From Phoronis australis (Eukaryota > Animalia > Phoronida), in contig NMRA01000092.1 in NCBI GenBank assembly GCA_002633005.1, forward strand, positions 649,170 to 713,169: DNA of 64,000 nucleotides. Direction: 5' to 3'. Numbering within the stretch: position 1 is the first letter of the stretch; each line of letters begins with the position of its first letter. The position numbers and the translations under genes were made by a program. The notes under the pieces were generated by a model. That model was not told the origin of the DNA and searched no databases. It worked only from the letters and a program-made list of their open reading frames with translations. Positions 51,701-64,000 of the stretch are shown here, in pieces.

Positions 51701-52201
51701 ACATCACTAATGACAGTTTCAGTTATAAGTTCAAAATTTTCGAGAAACGTTAAAAAACAGGAATAAGTGGTATCGGCATTTTTAGGATATACAATACAAC
51801 TACAAGTACGTGTATTTGAGTATTTTGACCGAGTGTGCAGAGTGCAGCCCTTACTATGACTAGGGTGAAGTCTGGCAACAATGCCAAGAGAAGGCTGCAC
51901 AGAGGAAGAGTGATTGAAATACCCAGTGCATTTAAACAGGTTGGAACCATGTAAAGACACAGGCACCGATTCTAAGGCGTGACTTCGATGCTTGCATGGA
52001 GTTGTATATATAGCTTAAGTCAATGTCAACAGCCAACAAGCAGGAGTTAATGAGTTCACCCGTCAGAGACATACTAGTTGTGCATATGTCTACAATGAAC
52101 ACAGCAGATTGAGGACAACTTCCCAAGTATTTAAGGTCTAAAGACTGACAACTGACTGGTACCGTTAGATCTACGCTGACCAAACCAAAATATTTACTCA
52201 C

Positions 52202-52291
52202 GTCTTCAAATAAACTGCCGACGTTTGCGGTTATAATCAGCATTTTTACGGCATCCAGCGTAACAGGCTGCTTGCTACTATCTTCCTCCAT
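52202..52291 (-). CDS. INPP5A: INPP5A exon 1 (start codon)
   Basis: agcATGG context. MEEDSSKQPVTLDAVKMLIITANVGSLFED|gtgagt; human VLLVTANVGSLFDD. In-frame stops lie upstream. Confidence 0.95.
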
Positions 52292-52399
52292 GCTCCCGAT
52301 TATTATTCCGCACTATTATAGCAAACTGTAAGCCCGGATTATTAAAAACATCTCCATGTTTTGAAAACGATAGACGAAACACTTTTTGAGCTCCTCCTG

Positions 52400-52540
52400 C
52401 ACAGAGTACTACTTACGTCATAGAAAGATGGGTATACAATTTTCGGTGACGTCATAAATCTTTTGATTTCTACACCAAGGGGGCGTGAGAAGTTGACCGA
52501 ATGAATAAACGTTACCCACGTATTTCGCGCGCGTTAATGA
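52400..52540 (-). promoter_or_regulatory. probable INPP5A proximal promoter
   Basis: CpG-enriched patch upstream of the ATG, with a palindromic CRE TGACGTCA (52447-52454), TTACGTCA (52413-52420) and E2F-like TTTCGCGC (52523-52530). The TSS is not determined. Confidence 0.5.
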
Positions 52541-55299
52541 ACGGCGTTATTCAATTCTAGAGGACTTAGATTAATTGTTAGCGGTGACAATTTATTATTA
52601 TTGGCTATATTACTGTACGTTCCTGTTTTTACAGCATAGGTCGTCTAAACATATTTGAAAACGGGCACTAAATTGTTCATAGCCTTACGTGTATTTCGAA
52701 AATTTGAGAAAACTTGTAAAACGAAGACAGTTTTACTGCAAACAACATTTTTCCAAAGGCAAGGGATAACGGAGACAATTATTTCGTTTTTTCTCGAAAT
52801 TAATTTTATATGACTTGAGAAAATAAGTGATTAACTGACAGATATAATTGCTGCACACTCCTGATTGTTGAAAACTAATATAGGGCCTAGATCTTTTCAT
52901 ATTTAGGGGCCCAGGAATTTAAGGGAGCCATTAGCGAGATTCAAGTTGCTACTCTTTCCGTGTTTTTATTGAAAAATTATTAAGGGACCTCTCATGGAGA
53001 GAGGGCCCAATATTGGAATCGATTAACCCAATTTTCATTTTTTGTGTAATCGTACAACCGGTTTTCATGTCGAGGTAGGTCACTTCTTGAAGGGTCACAC
53101 AACTATGGAATAAACTGTCACTCTTTTCCGGGCTTAATAATGTTAAGCCTTTCATCTTACGGTGTCCCATTTCAGACGGGACCCTCTCTCGGTGGGGCGG
53201 TTCTGGGGAATTTTCCCTTTGTCCGTCTATACATGTAAATCTGACACTGCCAAGTATTTACGAGGGGAACTGAGATTCCAAATTCATCAAAAAACACAAA
53301 ACATTCGTTCACAGTACAGCAGTATCAAGACATTGGACCCAAACAAGCAAAATAGGGGAGAAATACAATAGGATTGACCGCCATCGAAAGGGTGGAATTT
53401 TGAAGAACGTGAAGACCACTATTTGTGGATTACACAAAAGGACTATTTCCGATGGTTAGTTATAAAATAATGTTACCTTTTCCCCATAGTATCACAAGAA
53501 TAGTACTTCTATTGAAGATCGTTACTAGGAGTTGTTTATACGGAATTCGCACACATGTCGAAAAGACTGTCGAGGTTACGGTTTCTGATCGTCAACGAGG
53601 TACTCTAAGTGCTCGTAACAATGAACAAAGATTACAGTGTTTTGTGGAGTTCAAGTTTAAGTCTTGAACCGTTATAGGAACCTCTGAAATGAGCAAAAAC
53701 ACACCTTAACGTGAATGCCCCGTCTCCCTTCCCGCTGGTTACCCCTCAAAAATCTGCGAGCATGCCTGCGGAAATTGCTTCTAACATTTCGTTTTGATAA
53801 ACAAATTCGTATATTTAGGCTATGTACTGGTTCAACAGATTCATGGATGATACTGGACAATTAAGTGGTAATTTTATAAGAATTGATGAAGTCTCAAAGT
53901 CTCAGTGAATTTAATTGCAGTCTGAAGTTGTAAAACTGATCTCTATAACCCGATCCCCAAATAGTACAGTACACTGACGATTTATGTCTATCTAAAATAA
54001 CTCTCTAAGTCATCTAATGAAAATGGGGCAGTTTCGAAAAATATACTCACAATTCAAATGACAATAAATGCATTGATTTTTACTAAGGTGCAAAATTTGT
54101 CGTTTACACTCACAAGCAGGTGATCAAAAAGGAATTAAGTCATTAAATCAAGGTAAACGTATTGCTCTTGGAATCGAGTGTTAGTTTCTGATTTAGATTT
54201 AATGTATTTACGAAAATCGACTGATTGACTGGTGATTTTTTGACAATTAGAAGCTAATCTTGTAAGAAATGGTGGTGCCTGAGTGAACTTATTTGCAGGT
54301 TGACATTGGGAAAAGTCGATCTATCATCAGATCGCCAAATAACAAAAGTACACTAAACGATTTTTGTGTATCTGAATTAAGTCTAAAGGATACTGATGAA
54401 TGTCCTCACAATTCAAATGCCAATAAGTTGTTTATTGACTTAGAAACTAGATTAGTGGTTTAAATTCACAAACCGTAGATCGAAAAAGAAATCCTTATAT
54501 GAATCAAATTAAACTCAGTGGTCATTAACTTGGAAAGGTTGTCTTCGCACGTCCTCGATATTTTAGTTTCCAGTTGTACTTAGCTATGAGTTTTTTTTCA
54601 AAACTGAATCGTTTGCATGCCATCCCCATGCACATTACAAAGACGGAGCCCGTCATGACTGACGCACTCGGGTTAAAAATAAGGTGTAATCATGCAGCAA
54701 GCCCGCGCAGAATTGAATCTCATCTCCAGGGGTTGAAGTGTGTACATTTTTGGGACTCACTATCTACCACTTTCCCCCAGAAACTGGACTACTGGCGGTG
54801 TTTCAACAAAGGCGGTGTTTCCAAAGGCACTATACCAAGGACCTCGGGACCTCACCTTTGCAAAGAATACCTTCAGAGTACGACCATCATAATGTAAATT
54901 TTCACGAAACTGTATCATAACAAATCCTGACCTTAGAGCCAGCGCAGATTGATAGGTACGAGCTAAGCTACCTGTCTCAAGTGGATCATAGCTGAGCTGA
55001 CCAGTAACTAGCCTAGTTAATAGAATTTCGTATTTTCACGCTGTTAGATCTCAGCTACAGTTACCTGAGACAGCTCCCAACTCAGTACCGTCAGTGCGCT
55101 GGCCCTAAGGGGGGGGGGAAGTAGAGGGGGAGGGGGNGGCCATAAGAAGGGGAGTTGTTTGTCTTCTTTACGGGCCTGCTCATCAATAAGTAAATTTTCG
55201 AACTGTCCCTAGTTCTCACTAAAAGTTAACATGCTTGACCTTTTTACAGCCTATGCATTTTTCACAATAGAGGAAGTTGTTCGGAAGAGACTCGCGGAT

Positions 55300-55500
55300 G
55301 TCGACCAGATTGTCGAGGGTATGATATGTTGTGTGACCTTGTACAGTGTACATGTCGAACGGATTAAGGTGCTTAAGTACATGTACTGTCAATCGGACTT
55401 GTCGATCAATGAGATTGTTGCGGATATGATTTTTGGTGACCTTGTATAGTGTATATGTCTAACGGATTAAGGTCTTCAAAGTACATGTACTGACAATCGT
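55300..55500. repeat. ~100-bp direct repeat x2
   Basis: gtgaccttgtacagtgtacatgtcgaacggattaaggt...aagtacatgtactg occurs twice with a few substitutions. Confidence 0.8.
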
Positions 55501-58500
55501 AAAAAGATTTCAACTATTTTTAAAGCGTGAGTTTAACTCCAATATGAACTTTTTCATTAATACTCAAAAGCAAAATTAAAATAGTTATCCGAATTAGGCG
55601 TCGATAAAAATTTTAAATGAAGAATAATGTATTCTCTTCCTCATTTCATTACAAAAGATCTGAACTTAAAATTAGTACTTGTTATTGAAGACGATACTTG
55701 TTCTTTTTGTAAAGAGACAGCTGAGACATAAAAATCCATATACGTATTGAAGTACCTGTTAACAAATTCGCGCTGTAAAAGTTTATTTGCAATGTAATAA
55801 GATTCCGTTATCAATTAATTTACGCCGTTAAGAATTAATTTGTGCACGTAATTAACGTTCGTAACTCCATTTCATTAATGAGCATCTTTCGGTCAGAATT
55901 AATGTGAGTATCACATTTCTTTGTTTCTCAGTAACAAACAAAAATAGCGAACTCACTTTTTTATTAGTATTACTCAGTTTGTCCAGTTGGCGGCATTGCG
56001 GCATCGGCGGACTTAGCAAGAGGAGCAGAGGTACAATTTTCCTGATTCTTGTCAAAACTGAGGGGTAACACTCGAGATTTAGAAAGTCGACAAGTAGTTG
56101 ATATCATATGATATCATTTCGGGTTCTCAGTTGCCGATTACCGACATTAGGTCAGTGACCCGTCCGTCCTCCGACCGGGGTTATCACTGATTGTTATAGT
56201 TACGCCTCAACTCGATGGACATGACATTTTATCATTGGTCTAACAAGTCCTTCCGAGGATCTCAATAATTGGAAACGCACACACGCCCTGAGTGACATGT
56301 TATTCGCTTGCTACGCCCATTTCAACAGCACTAAAATCGACCCTGTCAAATTGTTTTCAAAATTACTTTCAGTGTTTTCTAAATTAGAGATTTGTGATTT
56401 ACATTAGAGAGAAAGATATTTTGAAATGTTGTCGTCGTTGTTTGATTTCACAATAAGAACAAGTCATGTAAATAATGAATAATTATAATTGGCACGTGTT
56501 TGTATCCTCCGAGGTAATTACTTTCAAATGTGTTGTCCACTATTATTTTATATCAAGCTTTGTACAAACTTGACGTAAGTTGTGAGGCAATATTATTAAC
56601 GATGCTTGAACATAGTCTCATATGCAAGGGCTCCGTTGATACATACATTCAACACATGTTTCTTGCAGAAGATTTCGTCAATGTGTAGAACTCAAAAATG
56701 TCCTCATTAGTCGTTTTCATCATTTTCGAAATAAATTTGCTAAATACCTCCTTTCAAAAATATCATTTGAAAAAAAAAATAATAGAAAGGAGAAATGTTA
56801 GAGTTTGTCCGGAATAACTGACATTTGCTTAATGATTTACCGATATTGTTGTAATTGTGGAGTCAGCGAAAATAGCGATTGCGAAAATTTCGTGACCGCT
56901 ATATAAAACGGAGATGTTTCCAATGAGAAAAAATGTTTTCCCGCCAACAAAAATGGAAACCTACTTTTTCTGACAGGATTTAGCGTCCTAAGCTAAGAGA
57001 AGGTACAAAATTTTGACTTTAGGTCAATGTTTCCTTAGTGTAGGTTAAGCTCACTTATCCGAAGGTGATTGCTCTCTGATGCGTTTAAGAAAGATTTTAT
57101 GTCACAAACAGAAACTCTTCAGGCGCTCGCCCTAAACTCTCAAAATTTTTGTTTTTCAACCTCCATATTTCGTACCTGAATTGAAAAACCTTGGATTTAT
57201 TTTTCAAAGTCAACCAAAACTGTTTTTTTCAGCGGTACAGTTAAAAATGCAGACCCTTTTCGGAGAGGATGTCTTGAGGGTTCAGTGGTTCCACTGTTAA
57301 AAGAATCCCACTGTAAGCGTAGCAGTCCCATTTGTACGCCGTTTCCGTTTTTCTACTCATATCACAAAAGATATTGATTTCCGTCAAACACGAGTGTACA
57401 AATAACCATTATATTTCTATTTTTTTTTAAAAATGTATCCATGAGCTAATTGGTTTAATTTAATCTTAATTTTACGCTTTATTTCCGAGTGGCTTTCGAT
57501 ATTTATGGTTATTGATTTTTGCGGTTTTACCGTTACCTGATTGATAACTTCTAAGAGCGACGACCGTCGTTTTAATTGAGGAAATACTAAACGCAGTTAG
57601 AGACTTTAGTGTCCTTCCGTTGTCGATCCAAGGTTAGCAACACATTAGCGAAAATGTTATTGAAAACATATTCAGGGACTTGATAATGAAAATAAATGTG
57701 CTGCAACTACTATTGTAACGCCAATGAGATTTCAAGCCGGAATCTTTTTTATCATGCACTGACAAGCATTTTGCCAATGAGCTATATGTAATTTTGCATT
57801 CTACTACCAAGGTAACCTACATTGTACATATAGATATGCCTGTTTCGAGTTTATAGTTTAAACCTATCAGGAGCTGATCGAGAGGCGATGTGGTGTTTCT
57901 TTGACTAAACTGGTTGCAGAGGTTTCGTGGGCCAATCGGTTTGGTGTAACAGGGAACGGAAGAGAGTGTCTGGTGACAAGGGTTATCATGCAGACAGATC
58001 ATCGCAGTGGTTGTGGAGAATGAAGACTGCTGCAAGGGAAATAAAAGCTCTGGTTTCCCTGAAGCTTGAAGTTTCTGGAGGGAAATGGCAAGGGACGCAA
58101 ATGCCCGTGATACAGTCCTAGGCCGAGATTGGTTACCTCGACTGGCACGTCTCGGTGATTTATAGACCGAGAAACTGCAGGCTGCCACTATAAAACAAGA
58201 CAGATAATTCTGGCCTTCCATACCATAGGCTGCCGCTTTAAAACGCAATTCAAAGTTGATCTTTAAAAACACAAACAGTACTGAAAGTATACAAAATGTC
58301 ACTTAAAGAGCAATAGAATTTCAGATTATGTACCAAAGGGGATTTGTTATTCTTTTAATAACATGAATTTTTAAGTTTAAATTGTAAAGTTAATACAAAA
58401 AGTAAACTTGATCTGCAGAACCCAGCTCAGTTCAGCAGCAAGGCACTTTCAAGGCCATTCAGATTTCTTCAAATAAATGCTTCCTCAGACAAAACTTCAA

Positions 58501-59528
58501 AATGCTTCTTGTCAAACACAGAACCAACAAGACTTACAAAAAATATTTATTCACATGTCACAGTCGCACTTCCAGATGTTTCACAAGTAACAAATGATCA
58601 TAGTATAATCAAAGCATGCACTGCAAAGATACAACTGGCAATTTCCCACGATTTAGTATAATTACAATTCAATTTAATTTGTTCTAGTATAAAAACTAAA
58701 AGCAACTCGAAACGAAAATAATTAATTAGGCTGCCCATAAACTATTGTTTGTTACAGCGTGTTAATTTTTTGTTGTACCAAATAAGTTGTACCGGTATTT
58801 ACAATTGAAAAAATATTTCACAACATATCAAATAAGCCAGTTATGTAGCACACATACTTTACAGTCACTTACACAGAAGTGAACAGTATCTAAATCACCA
58901 AAGTTAAGAGGGAAGAAATGGTTCAGAAGTCAGAGTTAGAAATACCCTGACTGTAGTATCCAAGCCCTGAAATACAGACCACAAATTGTATGTTGTACAC
59001 TAACCATGGGCGAGAGCTTAGATACTATGTCATGACCTACTGTGGCTCACAGCTGATTGGCCAGTGTACTCTTGGATTCGACCAATGGGATGTAGGCAGA
59101 GTGTAATGTGATGAAAACTGGAGGCAGTATTCCAGACACGTACAGCACATGCCAAACATATTCAGACAAAATGAACCGGAATTGCCATCATGACGGCTGA
59201 GCAGAAGTTGAATTTATCACCAGAGTAGTCTTTCCTCACGAACGAGAATGAAGAGGAATTAAAAGGAAAGTATGGTCGCTAAGCAATTATGTAATTAGAA
59301 TTTTGCCACCTTAATAGTTATTACCAGTCATTTTTGCTGTTAACAGAATTAGCTGTCATAACCGGAAAACAGAATTTTGTCCTATTACTTTTGTCTTGTG
59401 CTGTAGTCTCAATGATAACTTGCTGCACTTACGAACAGGCTTTAAATGAAAATACCCATAACATCAGAACACATGTACAACTAAAGCTCAATATTCATTA
59501 CACACAGCTTGTCACATCCATGGACCTC

Positions 59529-59580
59529 TCATTCAACTTCACTGTTGACTGAACTCAGTACGCTTGTGTTTTTCCCACCT
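59529..59580 (-). CDS. NCAPG: terminal coding exon of probable condensin complex subunit 3
   Basis: catttttcag|A GGT GGG...GTT GAA TGA, encoding (R)GGKNTSVLSSVNSEVE*. Candidate polyA signal at 58546-58551 (-). The exon is well supported, the gene identity less so. Confidence 0.6.
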
Positions 59581-60014
59581 CTGAAAAATGACAAACAAGG
59601 AATTTAATGGAATAATACAGTGTAGAGTTACTGTATTGCAAACAGTGATAATTCCATAGTAAGAGCTATTAATCTATCAGTTTTGCAAATTTGCTTTGTT
59701 ATTTAGCTTGAGATGTCGAAGTCAGTAGTTGAATACTACGATGTGTGAAAGAACCTAGAGAGAGACTTGCAATGTGAACAGAAAGACAAGATGTACTATT
59801 TAATGAAATGAATCAAACCTGCACCCTGGACTTATGTTGTCACAAAACTTGAGTTTTACAATAGCAGCTGCAACTCTACAAAATCAACTGCTACAAAACA
59901 ACTTCACACGATGTCATCCAACACTTCTACTTTATCAAAATGAAAATTTTGCAACAAACAATAATTACGTTTTATCTCTATATCCAGTCAGAAAACAGAC
60001 TATGCCAGCCTTAC

Positions 60015-60125
60015 CTCAGTCGTCGTGACCTCTTCACCTTGAGGACGACAGGACTGTCATCTGCTGTAGTGGGATCTTTGAAGACGGGCTCCTTTAGAGT
60101 CGTGTCGACATTCTCTTGTCCTTCT
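60015..60125 (-). CDS. NCAPG: exon of probable NCAPG, disordered C-terminal tail
   Basis: ttgtttccag|...EGQENVDTTLKEPVFKDPTTADDSPVVLKVKRSRRL|gtaagg, phase 2/2. Confidence 0.65.
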
Positions 60126-60442
60126 CTGGAAACAAGTGAGATATCAAATGTTAATTGCCAAAACATTCAAAAAACACTGCTCTGGTTCTGACACTCATAT
60201 GACAATGAACTAAAGCCCTCCCCCTCCCTTGTTGGGTAAGCAACACTCGGCATTTTTATGAGAGGTGGCAGAAATATTTTCAGACTTATATTCATTAGGT
60301 CAAATGAAGTGACCACAGGTGGAGTGCTGAACAGAATTAAAAACGTTTGCAATATACATTTCCACGCCAGTTTCAGAATTACATATTTATAAATGAGACA
60401 AATGTTATAAAGGATGATGCAGTTCAACAATAGACAACATAC

Positions 60443-60530
60443 TTTTCAGTTGCATCAGCTGTCTTGTGTCTCCCTCTGGTGGCAGGAGTCTTGGGTGCAG
60501 GAGTCCTTGATGTGGATGAGGTCGATTTGC
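60443..60530 (-). CDS. NCAPG: exon of probable NCAPG, tail with TP motifs
   Basis: gttatag|(G)KSTSSTSRTPAPKTPATRGRHKTADATE(K)|gtatgt, phase 1/2. Confidence 0.65.
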
Positions 60531-61430
60531 CTATAACAGTAAGGTAGCATTTGTAATCAGACATATTGAAAGCCATTTGTGGCACTTCAGCCGTGGAGAA
60601 CTAGGCACTTAAGTAGTTATAACAACACAAGCAACTGCAAGAGTTGAGTAAGGTGGCAGTTAAGGTCATGTAGGACCCCATCGACAAGTCTGCAATCAGC
60701 TAAACATCTAGAAAACTGTAGTTTAACCTAGAAAAAGTACACATTTTTTGAAAGTAGAAAGTCTTTTGTTTTTATACTATTCTAACATTGATCAGGTCAC
60801 ATGACTTTTTATTAAAATTTGGCACAAGAAAAGGGTACATTCATAGCAAAAATGGGTAAATATGGTTTTGTTTGATATTAATTTCAAGATGAAATCTTAA
60901 AAACACTGCCAGAGTTTTCTGAATTATCAATACAATAATGATTGTTTCATAAAAATCATAAGTCTCACTGACTGATAGCTGCTCTTGCAAAATTCCCAAC
61001 AGTGAGTAAAGCATAGTAACTGCCAGTTTCATGCGATTCTGATCTGGCATTTGTGATGTTCTCAACTTGGGTTAACAACAGTGAGGTCATATGGTCTATG
61101 CCCCAAACTGATGAGCTGGTGTTCTTCACACCTTGGACAGAGTTTCTCCTTAGTTCTAAAAACATCTCTTCCTCACCGAGATTATCGTGCGATCTCAACT
61201 GAAGTGCAAAGTTGAAGAGCTTCTGGACAGCTGTCCATATTCGGCATGATAAAATCTACACATCATAAGGTAAATAATCAACTCAAAACTTTTGAAAATT
61301 AGTAAATGAATAGCTTGGGATGTTGCATTGTACACCTATAGTAATGTGACATGTAGCAGGCCTTTGTTGTTTAGCACAGAACTCACTGCAAATAAGCCAG
61401 CAAGTGTCAATTGACAGATGGTTGCCTTAC

Positions 61431-61539
61431 CTTTCTTTCGTATTCTTGATATACTCTCATCAGCCAATGACAGACACGTGTCATCTACAGTGCTGCCCTC
61501 CTGTGTTCCATCCAACACAGTTGTATCAGCATCCAGAGT
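61431..61539 (-). CDS. NCAPG: exon of probable NCAPG
   Basis: ccatttag|TLDADTTVLDGTQEGSTVDDTCLSLADESISRIRKK|gtaagg, phase 0/1. Confidence 0.65.
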
Positions 61540-62466
61540 CTAAATGGAATGTAAGATTTCACTAAAGATTGTAAGCATATAATGTCAACACAGGGACACC
61601 AATGGCACAAAATTGAAAGTGAAGAATGAGGTAGTTCCAATACAATACATTATTTTGTGCCTGTGACTGTGGGAATAAGATATGAGGTACAGCAGTTTTC
61701 ATGAAAACTTTCTGGTGTTAAAGATCAAATTTCTTCGCAGGCGTATTTGCTGTTACACAGCACCATCATCGCGCGCTCTTATTAACTGGTTGAATTGAAA
61801 TTGTCTACAACAAAACACCTGGGATTTGCTTGCCCATTCGAACTGTCTTGGCAACTGAAACTAACCAGTCGAGACACGCAACACAGTGTCCCTCATCTGA
61901 AGCAATAACCTCTCAGTTGGTCTCGAGCCTAGATACTATTTCTAATCTCGGTAAGGTAAAAGATGGAACTGATTTTATTACAGTAAGTGGCCAAAGTCAA
62001 GTTTTTCGACAGAAGGCACAGCTTCTTAACTGTAAGCCAGATGTCAGCCTTTCGCAAATTTCTGATGCCAAGAAGTGCTGCTTATTCAGAAGTTCCCAAT
62101 ATTAAAGGTGTTGAAAACTCACCTGTCAAAAACCTAACTGTTAATTTTGACAACCTGCAGTTATGTGATTGGCCTTAACTCATTTCTTACTCGAATTAGG
62201 GGGGATTTCTGGGCCTTGAAAGTTCGTCATTACTTCAGATAAAGGTCAACAAGTTGACTTGTTACAGCAGGTCATTTTACGCACCCCAGCGAATCGCTCA
62301 TTATTTCCAAGGTCAGATACCATTTCTAATCTACGAAAGGCACACGGAGATCAGTTTTATAGTGGCAAGCGGTCTAAATAAAAAGTGTGGTTCCTTGACA
62401 GAATGCAGGTTTATAGCAGCTTTAACAAACAACACAAATGCATTAGCTTGGGTGATATCCACTCAC

Positions 62467-62598
62467 GGCCAGTGACTGGTCTGTTGCAGCCTCGACTTGT
62501 GTACTGTCATCCACTGTCTCACCAGCTGAAAGGAGCATCTCCTTGATGACGTGGGAGTACTTCTCCACCAGCTTGAGTGACGGCTTATCTTTCACTTC
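62467..62598 (-). CDS. NCAPG: exon of probable NCAPG, end of the HEAT region (upstream exons lie outside the window)
   Basis: gtttatcag|EVKDKPSLKLVEKYSHVIKEMLLSAGETVDDSTQVEAATDQSLA|gtgagt. Resembles human CAP-G QVKDRTCLRALEK followed by an acidic-then-basic tail. Identity rests on this short recalled similarity. Confidence 0.6.
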
Positions 62599-63055
62599 CT
62601 GATAAACAACATAAAATAAACATGAGATCTAATAGACAACAGCATAATACATTGCAATCAGACGGCCCTGGCAGCAGTTTGATTCATTTGGCAATACTAG
62701 TAAAGCTACAACTGGGATCATTTCAGCATTATCGAATATCTAGATAACTTAGTTACGGGTGGATTTAGGTTAGGGGGCGTGGAGTGATGGACACGGATAA
62801 AACAATTACTGCTAGCACCGACTTGATGTCCTACGCAGAAGGTGTACTTGTTTGGTCCCCCCCCCCCGATATCCTAGATCCACCAGTGTTAAGTTTTCAC
62901 GTGAGAAAAGTCGTGTCTTTAACCTAGATGAAAGATGAAAAAGCTTCACAGACAGTATAGAATGGCAAATTCTACATATCATATAACGTAGAAAAAAATC
63001 CGAAACTAAAAGAGGCGATCCAGATCCTCTAAAGGATACACTTGTGTGTCGAAAA

Positions 63056-63349
63056 GTAGAATAAATATATGTAGATAAAACAACAAAAATGGATTACTGA
63101 AATTTTCCGATATAATAACATCCTTCGTCAACAGAAACAGAAATAAAGTAAAATCAAACACTATATGACAATTGACATCTGATATATGACGTAACGAACA
63201 TGATACATTATAACGCCATATATCAGATGTCAATTGTCATATAGTGTTCGATTTTACTTTAATTCCGTTTCTGTTGACGAAGGATGATATTATATCCGAA
63301 AATTTCAGCGATCCATTTTTGTTGTTTTATTTAAGTATATTTATTCTAC
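63056..63349. mobile_element. foldback MITE: ~133-bp inverted arms with a ~28-bp loop
   Basis: 63056-63188 is a close reverse complement of 63217-63349, with scattered substitutions. Confidence 0.85.
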
Positions 63350-64000
63350 GTATCAAAGCATTCTTAAAATTGAAGACAATGTTATAAAGCAAAATATTCT
63401 AAAATTTAGGAACTTTACTGTGATCAAATGTCCCTATAACCCTATTCACAAATGGGGTAAAACAATGCTTTTGCCAGTAATGTGAAAAGTTACAGATGTC
63501 ACTTTTGCTGGTCCTTTGCTGGAGGTTTGAGTTAACCCAAAACTACTGGCATTTTGGCTAGCACTTTTCTAACAAGACAGCTTATTTCATAGGACATATA
63601 TGTGCATGGGATACAGGCCTTTGTTTATCACTCCAGTAATCAATAGAATGCAGTGTATGGATGTTTTTCTTTTTTTTGTCGTAAATTTTAACTTTCAAAG
63701 CAATTTGGGTAATGTGGAAAACTAACTACTGGCAAAAATTACACCTAAACAGATGGTACGCCTGTCTGGATAAATCTCTAATACTTTCTCTACTGCAAAA
63801 ACTGCTAGAATTGTTGCCACTCATGTGAACCTAGTTTCAGGGCTTGGAATGACCAATGACAAAAAACGCGGAAACTTTTACGGCCCAAATCATGCGCGCT
63901 ACTCAGCCTTGAAATGATCGATGTGAACCTTTCCCTGACAAAAATCGGGAAGACTAAAAAAAAAAAAAAAAACGTTACTACCATCAGTAGCATGCGTCTG

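Noticed and set aside
55105-55142. G-quadruplex-like G run
   Set aside because: It sits at an assembly N with homopolymer runs, so the local sequence is unreliable.
59188-59226. SECIS-like ATGA-N11-AA-N16-GA pattern in a 3' UTR (also in the related copies)
   Set aside because: Helix II does not pair, no in-frame UGA is needed in the reconstructed exons, and the sequence belongs to a dispersed repeat that also sits in introns.

Overview
AT-rich animal genomic DNA, probably a marine invertebrate bilaterian (species not determinable). It has GT-AG introns and many short non-autonomous transposons. Three spliced genes were rebuilt by hand from frame-consistent splice sites. (1) The last five coding exons of an alpha/epsilon-sarcoglycan (+, 417-5961). 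(2) A complete type I inositol 1,4,5-trisphosphate 5-phosphatase, INPP5A (-, ATG at 52291, 14 core exons, about 630 aa), convergent with the sarcoglycan. (3) The last five exons of a gene that is probably condensin subunit NCAPG (-, 62598-59529). The most interesting signal is the INPP5A 3' end. It appears to encode switchable C-termini: a long exon with a ~230 aa extension ending in a prenylation box (VVCPCRCAIL), or, via internal donors and a 34-nt microexon, a downstream exon ending in a class I PDZ ligand (FMETGV). Also notable are a 32-bp minisatellite made of nine copies of the INPP5A exon 9 splice donor, PPxY motifs in the sarcoglycan tail, a uORF and a CRE at the INPP5A 5' end, and a very young Tc1/mariner-type MITE. 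Most ORFs in the supplied track are spurious. All gene models are manual and lack transcript support.
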